DNA of 64,000 bases from Zancudomyces culisetae HAW-14-8 (taxonomy: Eukaryota > Fungi > Kickxellomycota): the NCBI GenBank assembly GCA_052426225.1, contig JBNJNM010000011.1, forward strand, positions 1,426,001 to 1,490,000, in the 5' to 3' direction. The translations under genes and the position numbers were made by a program. How positions within the stretch are numbered: the stretch's first letter is position 1; each line of letters opens with the position of its first letter. Below the pieces are notes generated by a model that did no database searches, was not told where the DNA came from, and saw only the letters and a list, made by a program, of their open reading frames with translations. Shown here piece by piece: positions 35,165-47,867 of the stretch.

Positions 35165-36298
35165 ATGAGTGTCGAAAAAAGAGCCTTTTCGAGCGCATAT
35201 TATAAAAGGAAGGGATATCCATATCCATCAAGCTCACTAATAGTTACCCGGCCCATAAGAAGCGAGGAGAGATGTAGGGAGCTACAATGCAACTTTGAAG
35301 TGCTTATGGTGCAGCGGGTAAACGCCGGTAGCTTTGCTGGAGCTGTTGTCTTTCCAGGAGGAAAACTGGATGATGAAGATAGCACGGCTTCGTTTTTGAG
35401 TCATATAGATGGCTCAGAAAACGTATTAAAACAGCTGGATATGTACAAAATATGTGCAGTTAGAGAGGCATTCGAAGAGACAGGGCTTTTGTGTGCAAAT
35501 AGAAAAACAGATAAAGTCATAAACGTAGAAAACGTTGGGAAGCTAAATCGACGAGATAACTTTTTGGAAATATGTAAAAAACACGATTTGAGGCTCAGTA
35601 CATCTGAACTCAAGTATTTTGTGCATCTCGTGACACCCGAATACGCACCAAAGAGATTTGATGTTCACTTTTTCGTATTAAGTATTGATGATCATGGTAG
35701 TGGTAATGGAAATGGAAATGGAAATGGAAATGGAAATGGAAGTGCATCTGGTCACTTGTTGGAGCAGGCGTATCTGGTTGGTTCCAGAGGTGCTCTACAA
35801 ACTACAGAAGCGGAAAAGAAAAAAGAAGAGGATACATGCGTTGATGCTTTTGAGAATAGGGTTACTAGGGGAGAAATAGTGCGCATATTTTGGATGACAC
35901 CAAAGGAGTATTTAGAGTTGTCCCAGGTGAAAAAAAAAATAGTGCTTTACACGCCCCAAGTTCTTATGCTAAAGTTGATGTCAAGATTCAAGACATGGCA
36001 GGCATTAGACCGGTATGTGAAACTCAAAGAGCATAAGCGACTGTGTGAATTCAACAGCCACATTGACAAGTTGTTCTCAGATAATCCTGAAGTAGCGTTT
36101 TCAAACTTTATAGCCTCAAAGCTTTCGCTCATTAGTGAAGTATCGCAGCTAGGAAGTGCTAACCATGATGATCTGGATGATGATTTGCGTGCCGAGATAC
36201 AAAATATAAGAGCACTGGATGAGTCTATCATGTCCAGATATCTAGCAAAATCAACTGACTCAAGTTCACTTAGTACGTCTACTTTATCAAAGATGTAG
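35165..36298 (+). CDS. Nudix hydrolase, NUDT19-like (acyl-CoA diphosphatase family)
   Basis: PSSSLIV..P, FEVLMVQR, FAGAVVFPGGKLD, ICAVREAFEETGLL (split Nudix box), VTPEYAPKRFDVHFF, WMTPKE. First ATG at 35165; C-terminus is SKM. Confidence 0.85.
   Translation: MSVEKRAFSSAYYKRKGYPYPSSSLIVTRPIRSEERCRELQCNFEVLMVQRVNAGSFAGAVVFPGGKLDDEDSTASFLSHIDGSENVLKQLDMYKICAVREAFEETGLLCANRKTDKVINVENVGKLNRRDNFLEICKKHDLRLSTSELKYFVHLVTPEYAPKRFDVHFFVLSIDDHGSGNGNGNGNGNGNGSASGHLLEQAYLVGSRGALQTTEAEKKKEEDTCVDAFENRVTRGEIVRIFWMTPKEYLELSQVKKKIVLYTPQVLMLKLMSRFKTWQALDRYVKLKEHKRLCEFNSHIDKLFSDNPEVAFSNFIASKLSLISEVSQLGSANHDDLDDDLRAEIQNIRALDESIMSRYLAKSTDSSSLSTSTLSKM
35696..35740 (+). repeat. Coding (GGAAAT)n microsatellite encoding Gly-Asn repeat
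   Basis: ggtagtggtaatggaaatggaaatggaaatggaaatggaaatgga. Confidence 0.9.
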
Positions 36299-36709
36299 TT
36301 GCTATAGTTGATTTTTTGCACGACTAGAGAATTTCCTGGTTTGTAATTATGATTCTTGCATATATAGCATGCTTTAGGAGTATGGTAATCATCGCTGATG
36401 TTATTTGTTATTTGTTATTAGCTTTTTTTTTACTCGAATTTATGATTCTAGCATTAAAGCATCAACACTATTGTTTTTTTTTCTAATGGTGAGGATGTGA
36501 AGTTTGATTTTCTAATTGAAATCTGCTCTTAAAATTTATATAAAAAAATGGTCACTTAATTTAGCTGGAACACAAAAACGCATTTCAAAATTGATACCTT
36601 GAAAAAGAAATAAAACGCATTAAAAAATCTCGGTCGAAATTTGGAAATTTATACACAGTTAAACAATATACTAACAAGAGTTACTTTGAGGATAGAATAA
36701 GAAGAAAGC

Positions 36710-37548
36710 ATGAATAAGGCAAAGTACGTGATATTTGAAACCTCGATGGGAAAAATAAGGTTCGAACTGTATACAAAAGAGGCACCCAGAACTTGCGAGA
36801 ATTTCTACGAATTAACCAAGCGTGGATACTATAATAATGTGGGGTTTCATAGAATTATCCCAGACTTCATGGTTCAGGGGGGTGATCCTACTGGAACTGG
36901 TAGAGGTGGTGCAAGTATTTACGGGTAATACAGTCATTCTTTGTTCTACTACTATTATTATTATTACTGCAATTCATATTCTGTTGCCAATGTGAAATAA
37001 TGTAAAAAAGAATTAATGTGGATATGGAGGATATGGAGGATATGTTGAAGTAAGGATGTCTCGTGGTTGAATGAATTTTATTTATCTAATAAAGAATCAA
37101 AATTGTCAATAGCCAAAAGTTTGAGGACGAAATAGACAATTCGTTGAAACATACAGGCGCAGGGATTCTAAGCATGGCAAACAGTGGGCCTAACACCAAC
37201 GGATCCCAGGTACTTATATGTTTATATACATCTATATATATATATAGTGTGATTCTGAATCTATCCTCTTATAAATATGAATAAAAAGAAAAAGAAAAAA
37301 AGAGATCCTTCAATAAAAACCAAGGAAAAGGATGGTACAATTACGCACAAAAGTTTTTACTAACTATTAATTAATATTTGTAGTTTTTCATAACTCTTGC
37401 GCCTACACCTTGGTTGGACGGTAAACATACAATATTTGGTAGAGTATGTGAGGGGATGCATGTGGTAAAGCGAATGGGAATGGTGGCCACAGATTCGAAT
37501 GACCGACCACTAGACAAAGTTGTTATAATTAAAGGATATGTGGAATAA
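36710..37548 (+). CDS. PPIL1: Cyclophilin-type peptidyl-prolyl isomerase, PPIL1-like (spliceosomal), 3 exons
   Basis: Exons 36710-36924, 37113-37209, 37384-37548. Motifs [70 protein letters not shown]. Confidence 0.93.
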
Positions 37549-37825
37549 GGCAATAGACTAGGCTTCTTTTCATTTTTATTTTTTTTTTGTAAGCGGCCAA
37601 GGTATATAATAGGAGGTATTCCTGTACGTTTTGGTGAGGGTGGTTGTGGTGAAAAGACAATAGGAAAACCAGAGACTCGGAACCAGGTCAAGACAAACCA
37701 AAGGCCGTATAGCATAAATATTTAAATACTAGTATGTTTTTCTTGTTGAACTCTTCTGTAAAATATATAAAACAATAGAAACAAACATAAAGAAAAAAGA
37801 TTTTAAATAAATAGTGATAATAAAC

Positions 37826-40140
37826 TCAGGAAGACAATAGGGCATTATAATGGGATAAACTACAAGCATACAAAAATGGCGAAGATGAAACGGGATGTGA
37901 ATCAAAGCAGGGTTTTGTATCTATGGACTGTTGTGGCTTTCGGACAAACTTATATTTTGAAAAATGTGCACACCCCTGAACCCCACATTTCACAGAGGAT
38001 GTAGTTTTTTTTTGGTGATCAACAGGTGAAGACTCGGTATTAGAAGGGAGTGCCGATACTTCTGATGCACCGGTACCACCACCTTTTCCTGGAAAAATGT
38101 CAGACAGCGACAGATCAGAAGGGAGGCGTAGAGTATACTTGGTGGATTTGGTGTTGTCTTTGCCAACAACTGAGTAGCTTGACCAGCGGATCTTGCCAGG
38201 AGGCAACACACACGGATCAGTGGCAGAAACCAGGTTTCCACCATTATCGCCCAAGCCTGGGTAACCACCAGAAGGTGTAGCAGAGGTGGCAGATCCAGGA
38301 GTATTAGCACTATCGTTATCATCGACGACCTTGTTTCTTCCTTTTGACGACTGCTTGTTTAAAAGTCTGCTGATGGTATCGTTTTTAAGTTGCTCAGCCC
38401 TTTGTAAACTCTGGAACTTTCTCCTTCTGCTAAACTCAGACTTTCTGAGCGCCAGCTCTTCGGTGGAATATTCAACTTTTTTGGATTCAGTAGTCAACTC
38501 AACCAGCTCTTCGTCATAGTTGTTGGTTAGTCGGGCACGTTGCCGTCTTGTAAGTTTGGATTCGTCAACCTTTGAAGCTTCAGCACCTACACCCATATAA
38601 AACGCCTCAAGTGCATCATCACTTAGTGACTCCAGCGAGTCGGCGTCAGACTCCATATCTACATCTTCCAAATCATTTTCCTGTGGAGTTTCAATTTCCT
38701 GATCCTCTTCTTGTGTTACGGGCTGAGTACTTTTCGTAGTTGTCTTTTTCCCTAGTATATATGCAAATATTTACATTAGAGATTTCTAATAGTTTTCATC
38801 TTTGCTATTATTATATCTTTTGAATTTATGTATAAAAAAAAAGCTACCTTTTTTGTATGTTGCTGTGTCATTTCTATGGTTATCGCTAACTAACTTTGAA
38901 GACGTTGATCCCTCAGAACTCTGTGTTTTCGAAGAAGTGCCACTGCGCTTTTCATACTTTCGGTCTGTCTCGTATTGCAGTTCATTTTCTAGCTCTTCTG
39001 CTTCCAACTCACCATCGTCATCAAGCATATCATCATTATCCTCACCTTCACCTTCATCGTCGTCAACTGTATCATATATGTACGTCACCACAAGTTAGTC
39101 AGTGTTGAAAAAATCTGTCCAAGACAAAGACAATAGTAATACCATAGCTAAACTTACCTATATTGACCGACGAATCAGTTGCAGAACTCTTTCTTCTTCT
39201 CGTTCTTCTTGTTTCTCTTGTGGTCATACCACTTGGTTCAGCTTCCTCCATTCCTAAGTTTATAATAATTCGTTTCACCATTGTAATTATTGGTTTGATC
39301 CACATAGCGGGTTTGATCATGGAAACAAAATAAAATAAAAATAGTAATAATAACAAAAAAATTACCTTTATTTCCATCGTTTCTACCTCCATTCCTCCTC
39401 CGTCTTTTATTATCCATACCTTCACCATCGGCTGTTGGTGATCCTTCCTTAATATCTCGTTTATTCATCTCCTGGTCAAGATGTGTATCCGAATAATTTC
39501 TACTCCGTCTTTTGGTACTCACACCACCACTACCATTGTTGTTTCCATTTTTATTCCTTTTACTTTTTTTGGTCTTGTCGCCGTCACTATATCCATCGTC
39601 ACTATACTCCTCAACCAGACTTTCATTTGTCAAATCACTTGCTTCATCATTGGAAAAGTCCAAATATGCATCTCGGTTCCGCTGGTTTCCAGATTTATCA
39701 CCACCATCACTGAATTTTCTTTTATTTTTAGCAGTTCTGTCAGTCATCACCCCACCAGGTTGGGTATGGCTCTCTTGTGGTATACCATATCCATTTACCG
39801 ACTTTTTCCGATCCACAGAGCTGATACCACTGTCATGGATATCGTCAAGACCTTTGGCGACAAGTTTTATCTTTTTTACAATTGTTGATTTTTTACGCGA
39901 ATCGCTGCTAGTGTTGGGATTGTCTTCACTGTTGGCTTTTGGCATTGCTGTTGATGTTCTACCTAGACTGCGTCTTTTGTTTATGTTTGTTTTATGAGCT
40001 TTCCCTTCTTCTTTATCTTGATGGTGGCTGTGGTGTTCTTCAGAGTCACTGCTGGATGCCAATATGTTCTTTTTTCTGTTTTGACGGTTTAGTTTGGCCG
40101 TAGAATTGTTTATGACGCCTTCGTTATCTGACACTATCAT
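37826..40140 (-). CDS. IES2: INO80 complex subunit Ies2/INO80B (PAPA-1 domain), 4 exons
   Basis: Exons 40140-39366, 39253-39158, 39066-38848, 38751-37826. Motifs KLTRRQRAR, EELALRKSEFSRRRKFQSLQRAEQLKNDTISRLLNKQ, IRW, and C-terminal CGVQGC..KY...YACSLSHY. Long acidic/basic low-complexity N-terminus. Confidence 0.82.
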
Positions 40141-41212
40141 GCATATAAATGTATAAGAATTTATATTTTGGATTTTTCACACTACGAAAATGTAGGTTTT
40201 TTATTTTGATATTAAAAAAAGAGAGAGAAGGAAGTGGGGCTGGAACCACAATATACATTATAGTACCAAAGGAAAAAAAAAAGAAATATATGATAGGAAC
40301 GTACCAGAATCTTCGTCCAATTTGGATATCGCCAGCCTCGTATTTTTATTCATTGTGGATGTTTTTTAGGCGTGTCACACATTTATCTTTAAAGCGAGAA
40401 TATCCTTCCACAGGCCCTAAACCATAAAAATGATTGTCGTGTCTATATTAACAAATGATAGATTTACCACGTTTGTTAAGTTTTGTTTTGTTGGATTTGA
40501 TATATATTTTTTAAATTTATAAATACAAACTTTTTAAAAAATATATATTCAGTACATAATGCATTATAAATGGTAAATAACAACCAAAATAAGTAATACA
40601 AGAACAACATTTTAGGAAAAGGATAAAGTATGGGATACAGAAAGGCTAATAAAAGCCTCCAGACAGTCCTTTTTTTTTCCCCCTTGTCTATTCATTCATC
40701 CATTTCATTTTTTTTTTATCAGAATATATTTGGATTTTCAAATATAATCAAAAGATTGTGGAGGAGAGGAAGGTAGGAGGGTAGGAGGGTAGGAGATGGA
40801 ACAAAAGAAAAAGATATCCCACTAATAATAGATATCGTGCTAACAATAATAGCAAATTGAAAAATGCAGAGGGAAAAATAAAAATAAAAATAAATAAAAC
40901 GGAATTCAGGTATTAATGATATAATTATTTTTGTGTGAAAAGTAAATATTGAGAATGTTATGTATATCAAACCTTGACAGTTATTTAATGGCTATTCTCA
41001 AGATAATGATCCATATAAATCCCCAGTAATATAAATAACAGCACTAAGAATGGTTGTGGATAATAAGGATAGCGAGGGAAGGAGAATAAACAGGTATGCA
41101 AAGTGTTATTGGAGGAGAGAAATAGGAAAAAGTATTAGCACAAGATAAAGCGTGATGATATCTATGAGAAGGGGTATAGGAAAAAACAGTAAAGAAAAAG
41201 AGAATAAAGCAA

Positions 41213-44200
41213 TCATATTCTGCCATGGTTAGAATTTATGTCGAATGAGTTCTCGATTCGTGTGGTATTATTGATTGCCTGTGCGGTAGCTGCTTCTGAC
41301 GTGGTGGCACCAAAACCAGCACTGGTATTATTTTCACGGCTAGTATCAGTACACTCACTGACCAATGGTGGATTTGCTATAGACGAAGAAGCAAACGAGG
41401 TGGTGATGGTGGGGTGAAGTGATGAGGATAAAGACATGAAGTTTTGTGAATGGTCTGGTGGAATCGCGGTAAAAATGCCGGTGCGGGTTGAGGGGGGAAC
41501 AGGCACGGTGGAGAGAAAGTTGAGAGATGAGGGTAGTGAAGGGAGGGAGTTCTTGGGGAGAGAACTGTCGAGACTAGACATTAAATGATCTAGGTGTGAT
41601 GAAGAGGCGGGATCAGAGAGCTGGGACGAATTTGCCGAAGAGGAATTATCTGTTAGAGAGGGTTGTGAATGGTTAGTAGATATATCAGGAAGGTTTACAA
41701 CAGAAAGGTCAACGTCGGCAGAGGTTGTTCGAAAATGAGAGGAAGAGTTGGAACTGTAGACAGGGGTTTGGGAGTGCGAGGCAAAGCAGCTGTCGGAGTA
41801 AAGAGACATAGAGTTTTGGGTGATGGGAGATGAGGAAGGGTGTGGTTCGGAGGCAGGGTGTGAGGAATGAGAAGGTTGAGGAGAGGACTCCAACTGGGAA
41901 AATTTCTGGGTGGCAAAAGTACCCCAGGTGGACATCCGGGAGGAAGGCCAGGATGGGGAATCCAGAGGATCAGAGGTAGGGTTGTAGGGCCAGGGAATGG
42001 AGTTGAAGAGGTCGGTGACGGTTGTAGCAGACGTGGATGCTGGGTTTTCGGGTCTTAGTCGATAGAACAAGACGTATGCAGCATCTGACTTGACAGAAGA
42101 CTCTGGGTCATTTAGTGGAGAAACTAGCGAGTCATTGAAACCAAACCAATCGCCTGAATGTGGGTTTTGGGCAAACGCAGTGTAGTGGCCACCACCAAAA
42201 CCACCATAGTGGTTTGAAACAGCGTATAAATCATAAACGTATTTTTTGGTGGAGGATGGATCAGATTTTAGAGAAAGGACAGCATCAGAGAGATCCAAGC
42301 CACAGATCGGAAAATCTACATAGGTATCAAGCTTCTTACTCCAAGCACGTAGATGCTCAAAACGCTTCAAATGAATCACCAGGATTTCGGGGAGTCTCCA
42401 TATATCCAGCTTCTTTGTTGCCTGGCGGAAATCCTTGCATTTGGAACAGAACCAGGAATCATCAGCACCCAGCTGTTCTTCGCGAGTGTACTCGTTTAGA
42501 CAATCGTAGATGGATACTGATGGAAGCGTCGTCGATTTGGCATTTCCAAAACGTGATTCTTTCATGGTTGCCATCTCGACACATTCATTCCAGCTGTCTG
42601 CATCAAACACATTTATTTTTGGAAAAACAATAGAGTCGTCGGTCATCGATTCAGTCTGTACTGCGTTATAAACGGAAAACGTGCCAAAATCAAACCAAGC
42701 CTTGGTTGCAGCAATTCGTTGATGAATGCTACTTTGAACATTTTCATTTTTCTCACCATACTGCTCTCCTTCCTGCGTACTTCTATTTAGTTCACTCAAT
42801 ATTTCAAAGTCGATATTACAAACCAAAATATCTCCTGTGTTGAGAACCACCGATGTATTAAGAATCTCGTTGACGCTCTCCTCTTGCGTTTGCTGCTCGT
42901 CACTTGCATCTTGTTGACTGTTTATCAACTCAGCACAGTTATTATTTGTTAAAAAGTTCTCAAACCCTACGAATTGTGGAGGTACAACAAACTGAGGTTT
43001 TTTGGTTTCTGTCTGGGACATTTCTTCGTCATCTGAAATTGCTGGAGTTGCTTCCCCTTGTTCTTCTGGCTCTTTGAAGCTTATTGCACTTGTTGATGTT
43101 TTCAGTGGCTTATAGCGAGCAGCTGAAGGTGATTGCCGTATTTTGAAGCTAACTGCATCAACCAATATCGAAATGACCTGCTTGGTGCTTTCTTCAAGAC
43201 TTTCAAGAATACTGGTATCGTTTTGAACCTCTTTCAGTACTTTTATAATCTCAGCCATCACAATGGCCGCACTTGGCACACTGAACCGCAGAATCCCCTC
43301 CAAAACCTCTATGTAAAGCTGATACATCTTGATACCAGCCCCGTTTGCATCGTCTCTATTAAATGAAATCAGAATCGGGTGTCCATAGAGTCCCATAGGT
43401 CTACGACGGATTGGTATATGTCCACTGGTATATTTCGCATCTTTTTTTCCCTGTGCAAACACAACCTGAACTACTGTTTTCTTTTCTACTGAGGCAGGAT
43501 ACTCAAATGCTGTATACGAATTCTCCTCTCCCATGTTTTCAACGTGATCTCCGTTCATAATTTTGTATATTCGGCTATCGAAAACTTCCGAAATGAACAT
43601 TTGTGTGTCTAGCTGTTTTTTTGTTATTTCGGCTATCATTTCACAAACCTTGTCAACCTTTTCGTCCTTTCCCACTTGCATCTTTATCTATATTTTAAAA
43701 TATCAAATTAAGATCATTTGCTATTATTCATATAGTAAATCAATAATACTTACCACTATTGGTCTACTCGCACTGTCAATCGGAACAAAAAGAACAGAAA
43801 TGTCTATATGCTTTTTTGTGGGCAAAAGTAGTGTCAGGTACATGAAGGGATCAAATGTATTGCTCTGCCAGTTGCACTCTGGACATGTTACTACACTTCT
43901 AAGCTGCCCTTGAAACAAATCTACTATCACACTATCGTTTCGCTTCTTGTACACCTCCCACTGTTCTGCTGCCACCTCTGCATCTGCTCGCCCACCTGCA
44001 TCGGGTATCTCGACATACGGCTTATCTAAAATCCTATTCAAATCCTCGTGTAGCCCATCCAGCAGGAATGCCAAGAATTCTGGTGCATCTTGTTGTCGAT
44101 ATCCCACAAATTGTGGTGCAAACTTTCCTATCGTGTGCTTAAATGCAACTGGCCCAAACGATTGTTCGTAGCCCTGCCACACCTTCTCCATAAGCTTACC

Positions 44201-45758
44201 ATATTGCTTGGCAATCTCTCCCTTCATTCCTAGAGGGTTGGTCACGTTAACCTCTCTTGTATACACTCCGGATAAAAAGTACTCTGTCAACTCCCACGTA
44301 TTGCTTAGGCATTGTAGAGCAGAATTCATGTAACATGTGTTTCCAAGATTTTTGAATCCACAGAGCCCCATATTTTTCTTTTTCTTTTTTTCCTTTTCGC
44401 CCTGCTCTCCCACACCCGATGTACCAGTTGCATTGTTGTTTAAGCGTGGTGTATACTCAATCATATTTGTAGATGGTGCTTTGTGGTACATTTCAGATTC
44501 TGAGTCATTCTCCCCACCTGAGTCTGAGTCATACAGCTGCCGTATACTCTCTTCTCTATCCCCTTCATAATCATCCATAGGTACCTCTTTGATTATGACG
44601 TCATCCGGTTCCTCGCTGCTCATCTATTTATAGCCAATAAATACTCAATTTTAGTGTCGGTATTTTGACCAAGTCTAGAGATGAAGTGAGAGTGAGAGTG
44701 AGTAAGAAGAGATGCTGTGGGGATATTGTGGCGACACCGTCAGATCATTTTGAAACAAAAACTTGTCGCAATACTTACCTCCACGTCAGAATTGGTGCGC
44801 TCCTGTGCTACAAAACCGTTTTCATTTTGATATAACGACGCATTCTCCCGTGCTATATCGCCTACAGCCATCTCGTAAGTTGGAAGCTCATCTTCTGGTG
44901 TGGTGAGACCATCGTTCGCGTTTCCCAATACCGTTTTCCAATCTATATAACCTTTGACGCCAAGTTGGGTTACTTCTGGATCTGGACCTGTTTCCAGCAC
45001 AGTCAATGTTCCGAGAGTTACTAGTTTGGGTGTCACACTTTCATCTATTTCTAGCGTCTGCTCTAGTACAGGTCCCTGAACTTCGCTTCTAAATTCACAT
45101 ACAGTAAGTTATACCAAACGGTTAGTCAAAATTCAATAAGTTTTTATCACGCATATGCACTACAAGCCTCCAATTTTCATTATTACAACGAATTCAGCCG
45201 TATTTTTTGTTTTTTGAAAAAATGGGATTTACGGGTAAATAACACATTTTAGCAGAGAATGAAGTGAAAACGGCAATTTTTCATAACCAAAAAAGTAAAA
45301 AGTTTTGTATACTCATTTTAGATAATGAATATCCACATGTGGATGCATTGAAATTACCTCGATACCACTTGTTGCCAAATCCGCTCAGAAATAATCCCAA
45401 TTTCAACCAAGTCTGTGTTATCCGCCATGCTAGTTGTTTTTATTGCGGAATAAATCTTTTTGGTATCTATTATGTTCGCTTCCATCGAAGATTTGCCATT
45501 ATTAACTTTGTTTGAACTTTTGTCGCTCAAGAATTCATCCATTTCCTTATGGTATTTAATCCATGCACTATCCACAATATAATATTTCCTTTGAACACCT
45601 TGATTGTCCGCCTGAACTTCATTTTGACAGGCACCCTCATCCATTTCTCTTAGACCTAGTATCCTCAATGTCCTGGCTTTGTTATCACCAGTGCTCAATG
45701 CCTCAAAAAAGTCTAATCCCTTCATACTGCTTTTATTTTCGCTGCTCATGCATGCCAT
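41213..45758 (-). CDS. Ubiquitin-specific protease, Ubp12/USP4/15-like, 4 exons
   Basis: Exons 45758-45358, 45088-44779, 44623-43754, 43687-41213. Cys box [51 protein letters not shown], His box [35 protein letters not shown]-like N-terminus (YYIVDSAW); Ser-rich tail. Confidence 0.92.
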
Positions 45759-46182
45759 TCTGTATTATTTTTACAATGAAATATACACTTGGTTTCTTTT
45801 GTCAAGTCTATAACTGTTATTATTATAAATGTTGTTATTGTTATATATTTTGTACAAACTCTACTATTCTCAATTTCAATAAAAAAATAAATGACATTGT
45901 CCAGTTACCTAAATATAACAATTCTTTTTCTAAAACATTAAAGTTTGGCAGTTACTCGTGAACATTAAAAAAACCAATGTAGAAATAATTAAACCACCGA
46001 AGTTTAGGTGAGAAAATTTTTTTTATCTAGAATGTCAATCGTTTCTTTTAATTCCCAAAAACGAAAATTCCTTGTTTGTTTAACATTACCATTGAGAGCA
46101 AACCTGTGGAAAGCTAAAGTTCTAGTGAATAAAAAAATTCAAGATTTACCTTGGCATGCCAGAACGAATTTGCAGAAAATCA

Positions 46183-46320
46183 AACCTAACCAAACCTCGA
46201 AAAACTAACTAAACCAAACCAAACCTCGAAAAACTAACTAAACCAAACTAAACCAAACTAAAACAAAACAAAATAAAACAAAACAAATAAACTAAACAAA
46301 GCAAATCTAAACCAAAATAA
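46183..46320 (+). repeat. 29-bp tandem duplication merging into an (AAACY/AAAAC)n microsatellite
   Basis: accaaacctcgaaaaactaactaaaccaa occurs twice, followed by actaaaccaaactaaaacaaaacaaaataaaac... Confidence 0.85.
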
Positions 46321-46988
46321 GCAAATAAAAAGCAACAACAAGGGCAAAGGATACGCGACATAAACAAGTAGACTGTACAACTACGCATTACAAAAAACGC
46401 TTGCCTCTTCTATGCATTTTGCAAATCCTCTTATTTGTCCGCCGTTAGTATCGCCAAATAAACACTATTTCATAGCTCGTACCTGTAGTTCTTTCAAAGC
46501 TAATTTAAATCCAGTTTCTGTTTCAAATCCGCTCTCAAATTCTTAACGCATCGCGAAACAAAAAAAAAATCCATTTCAAATTATCATTGTAATTATAAAT
46601 TCAATTATATATCGCTGATCGAAAAAAATTGATAATTGCCATAATATTCTGAATAACGATATTTTCCAGTTCATCAACAAAAGTCACATATCACTCATCC
46701 TCCACCCTCTCCCTTTCACAAAAAGGGTAACTAGTGTCAAGAACTACTTTTACGTATTGAAAATCCACGTCAATGCACCATCATATCATTTCGTTATAAC
46801 ATTCTGCAATCATTATTCTAGCCAGATAAAATCACCATGCAAAAAACAAAAAAATAGGTTATACACCACATGTACTTTTTGCAATGCCTGGAACGAGTAT
46901 TGACAATAAAAAAATACCGAAACTGCGAAAAACACAGCTTTGCTTTACAAAACTGAGTCTCAACACAACTAGCAAAAAAACTCAAAAA

Positions 46989-47070
46989 TGGTGAGAGTGG
47001 GGTTCGAACCCACGCCTCTTTCGAGACCACGACCTGAACGTGGCGCCTTGGACCACTCGGCCATCTCACC
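46989..47070 (-). tRNA. tRNA-Leu(CAG), intronless
   Basis: GGTGAGATGGCCGAGTGGTCCAAGGCGCCACGTT-CAG-GTCGTGGTCTCGAAAGAGGCGTGGGTTCGAACCCCACTCTCACCA. Acceptor stem GGTGAGA/TCTCACC, anticodon stem CCACG/CGTGG, long variable arm, A73, followed by a TTTTT Pol III terminator. Confidence 0.97.
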
Positions 47071-47846
47071 ATATTTTGTAAAAAGTTTTTGTATGTAGAA
47101 GTTTAATTATTGAATAATACAAATTATATCACAAATTTTATATATTTTTTTGAATTTGGTCGTTGAGTTGAGTTTTAAAAGAATTTCTAAATTATTTTTG
47201 CTTATTAGGTGTAATATATACATGTAAAAAATATTAATGAAACATCAAAAATTTGTTTTTCTAAAGGTAAAAAAATTGTATTGACAATTAATATACTTTG
47301 ATTTACAAGGACAATCATTACTTTTATTGGTAATAATTCAAACATGAACATTAGAAAATCACTAGACCAAGATGATTTGTACATTTTTTGTCTGGTTCAA
47401 GTGATAATGGAAAAATGGTAAGCGAATTTGTATAATTTTTTTATAGATCCAGGTTCAATGTATAAGGGCCAGGTTGAGAAAGTTGTAACAAATGTTTGCG
47501 GGATTTACTCTTTTGATTTACACTATTCAAGGGCTCATTGTTCAAGGGACCCATACCATGATTTACAAAGTATCTCCATTTAAGGTTTGCAGCTATTCGC
47601 TATTTTTGCTTAGTCTGGTAGCGTAGATCCAAGTTGACATTGTTGTCGAGTATCTGGGAGTTTGACGGTTCCCATATATTCAATAAAAAGTTATTTTACA
47701 CTTTCTAAATAGATGTTGTGTACAGTTAACAAATTAGTGGTGTACATTCAAAATTGTAAAATCATTCAGAGGATTTCATTATTGAGTATATTTGCTATCG
47801 ATTTTTGGAAGGAAGGAGACGAGGTGAACTAAGCAAAAGAAAAAAA

Positions 47847-47867
47847 GAGGTGAGGTGAGGTGAGGTG
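47847..47867 (+). repeat. (GAGGT)n pentamer microsatellite
   Basis: gaggtgaggtgaggtgaggtg. Confidence 0.8.

Noticed and set aside
46183-46320. Direct repeats as a CRISPR array or telomere
   Set aside because: Only two adjacent copies with no spacers, decaying into a microsatellite; eukaryotic interstitial context.
46989-47070. tRNA(CAG) as a sign of CUG codon reassignment
   Set aside because: It has ordinary Leu identity features (U33, G37, A73, Leu-type D-loop); nothing suggests Ser or Ala identity.
47443-47685. Minus-strand ~80-codon frame with one TAG (LNIWEPSNSQ...QPGPYTLNL)
   Set aside because: No start, family or splice support; at most an unidentifiable pseudogene fragment.
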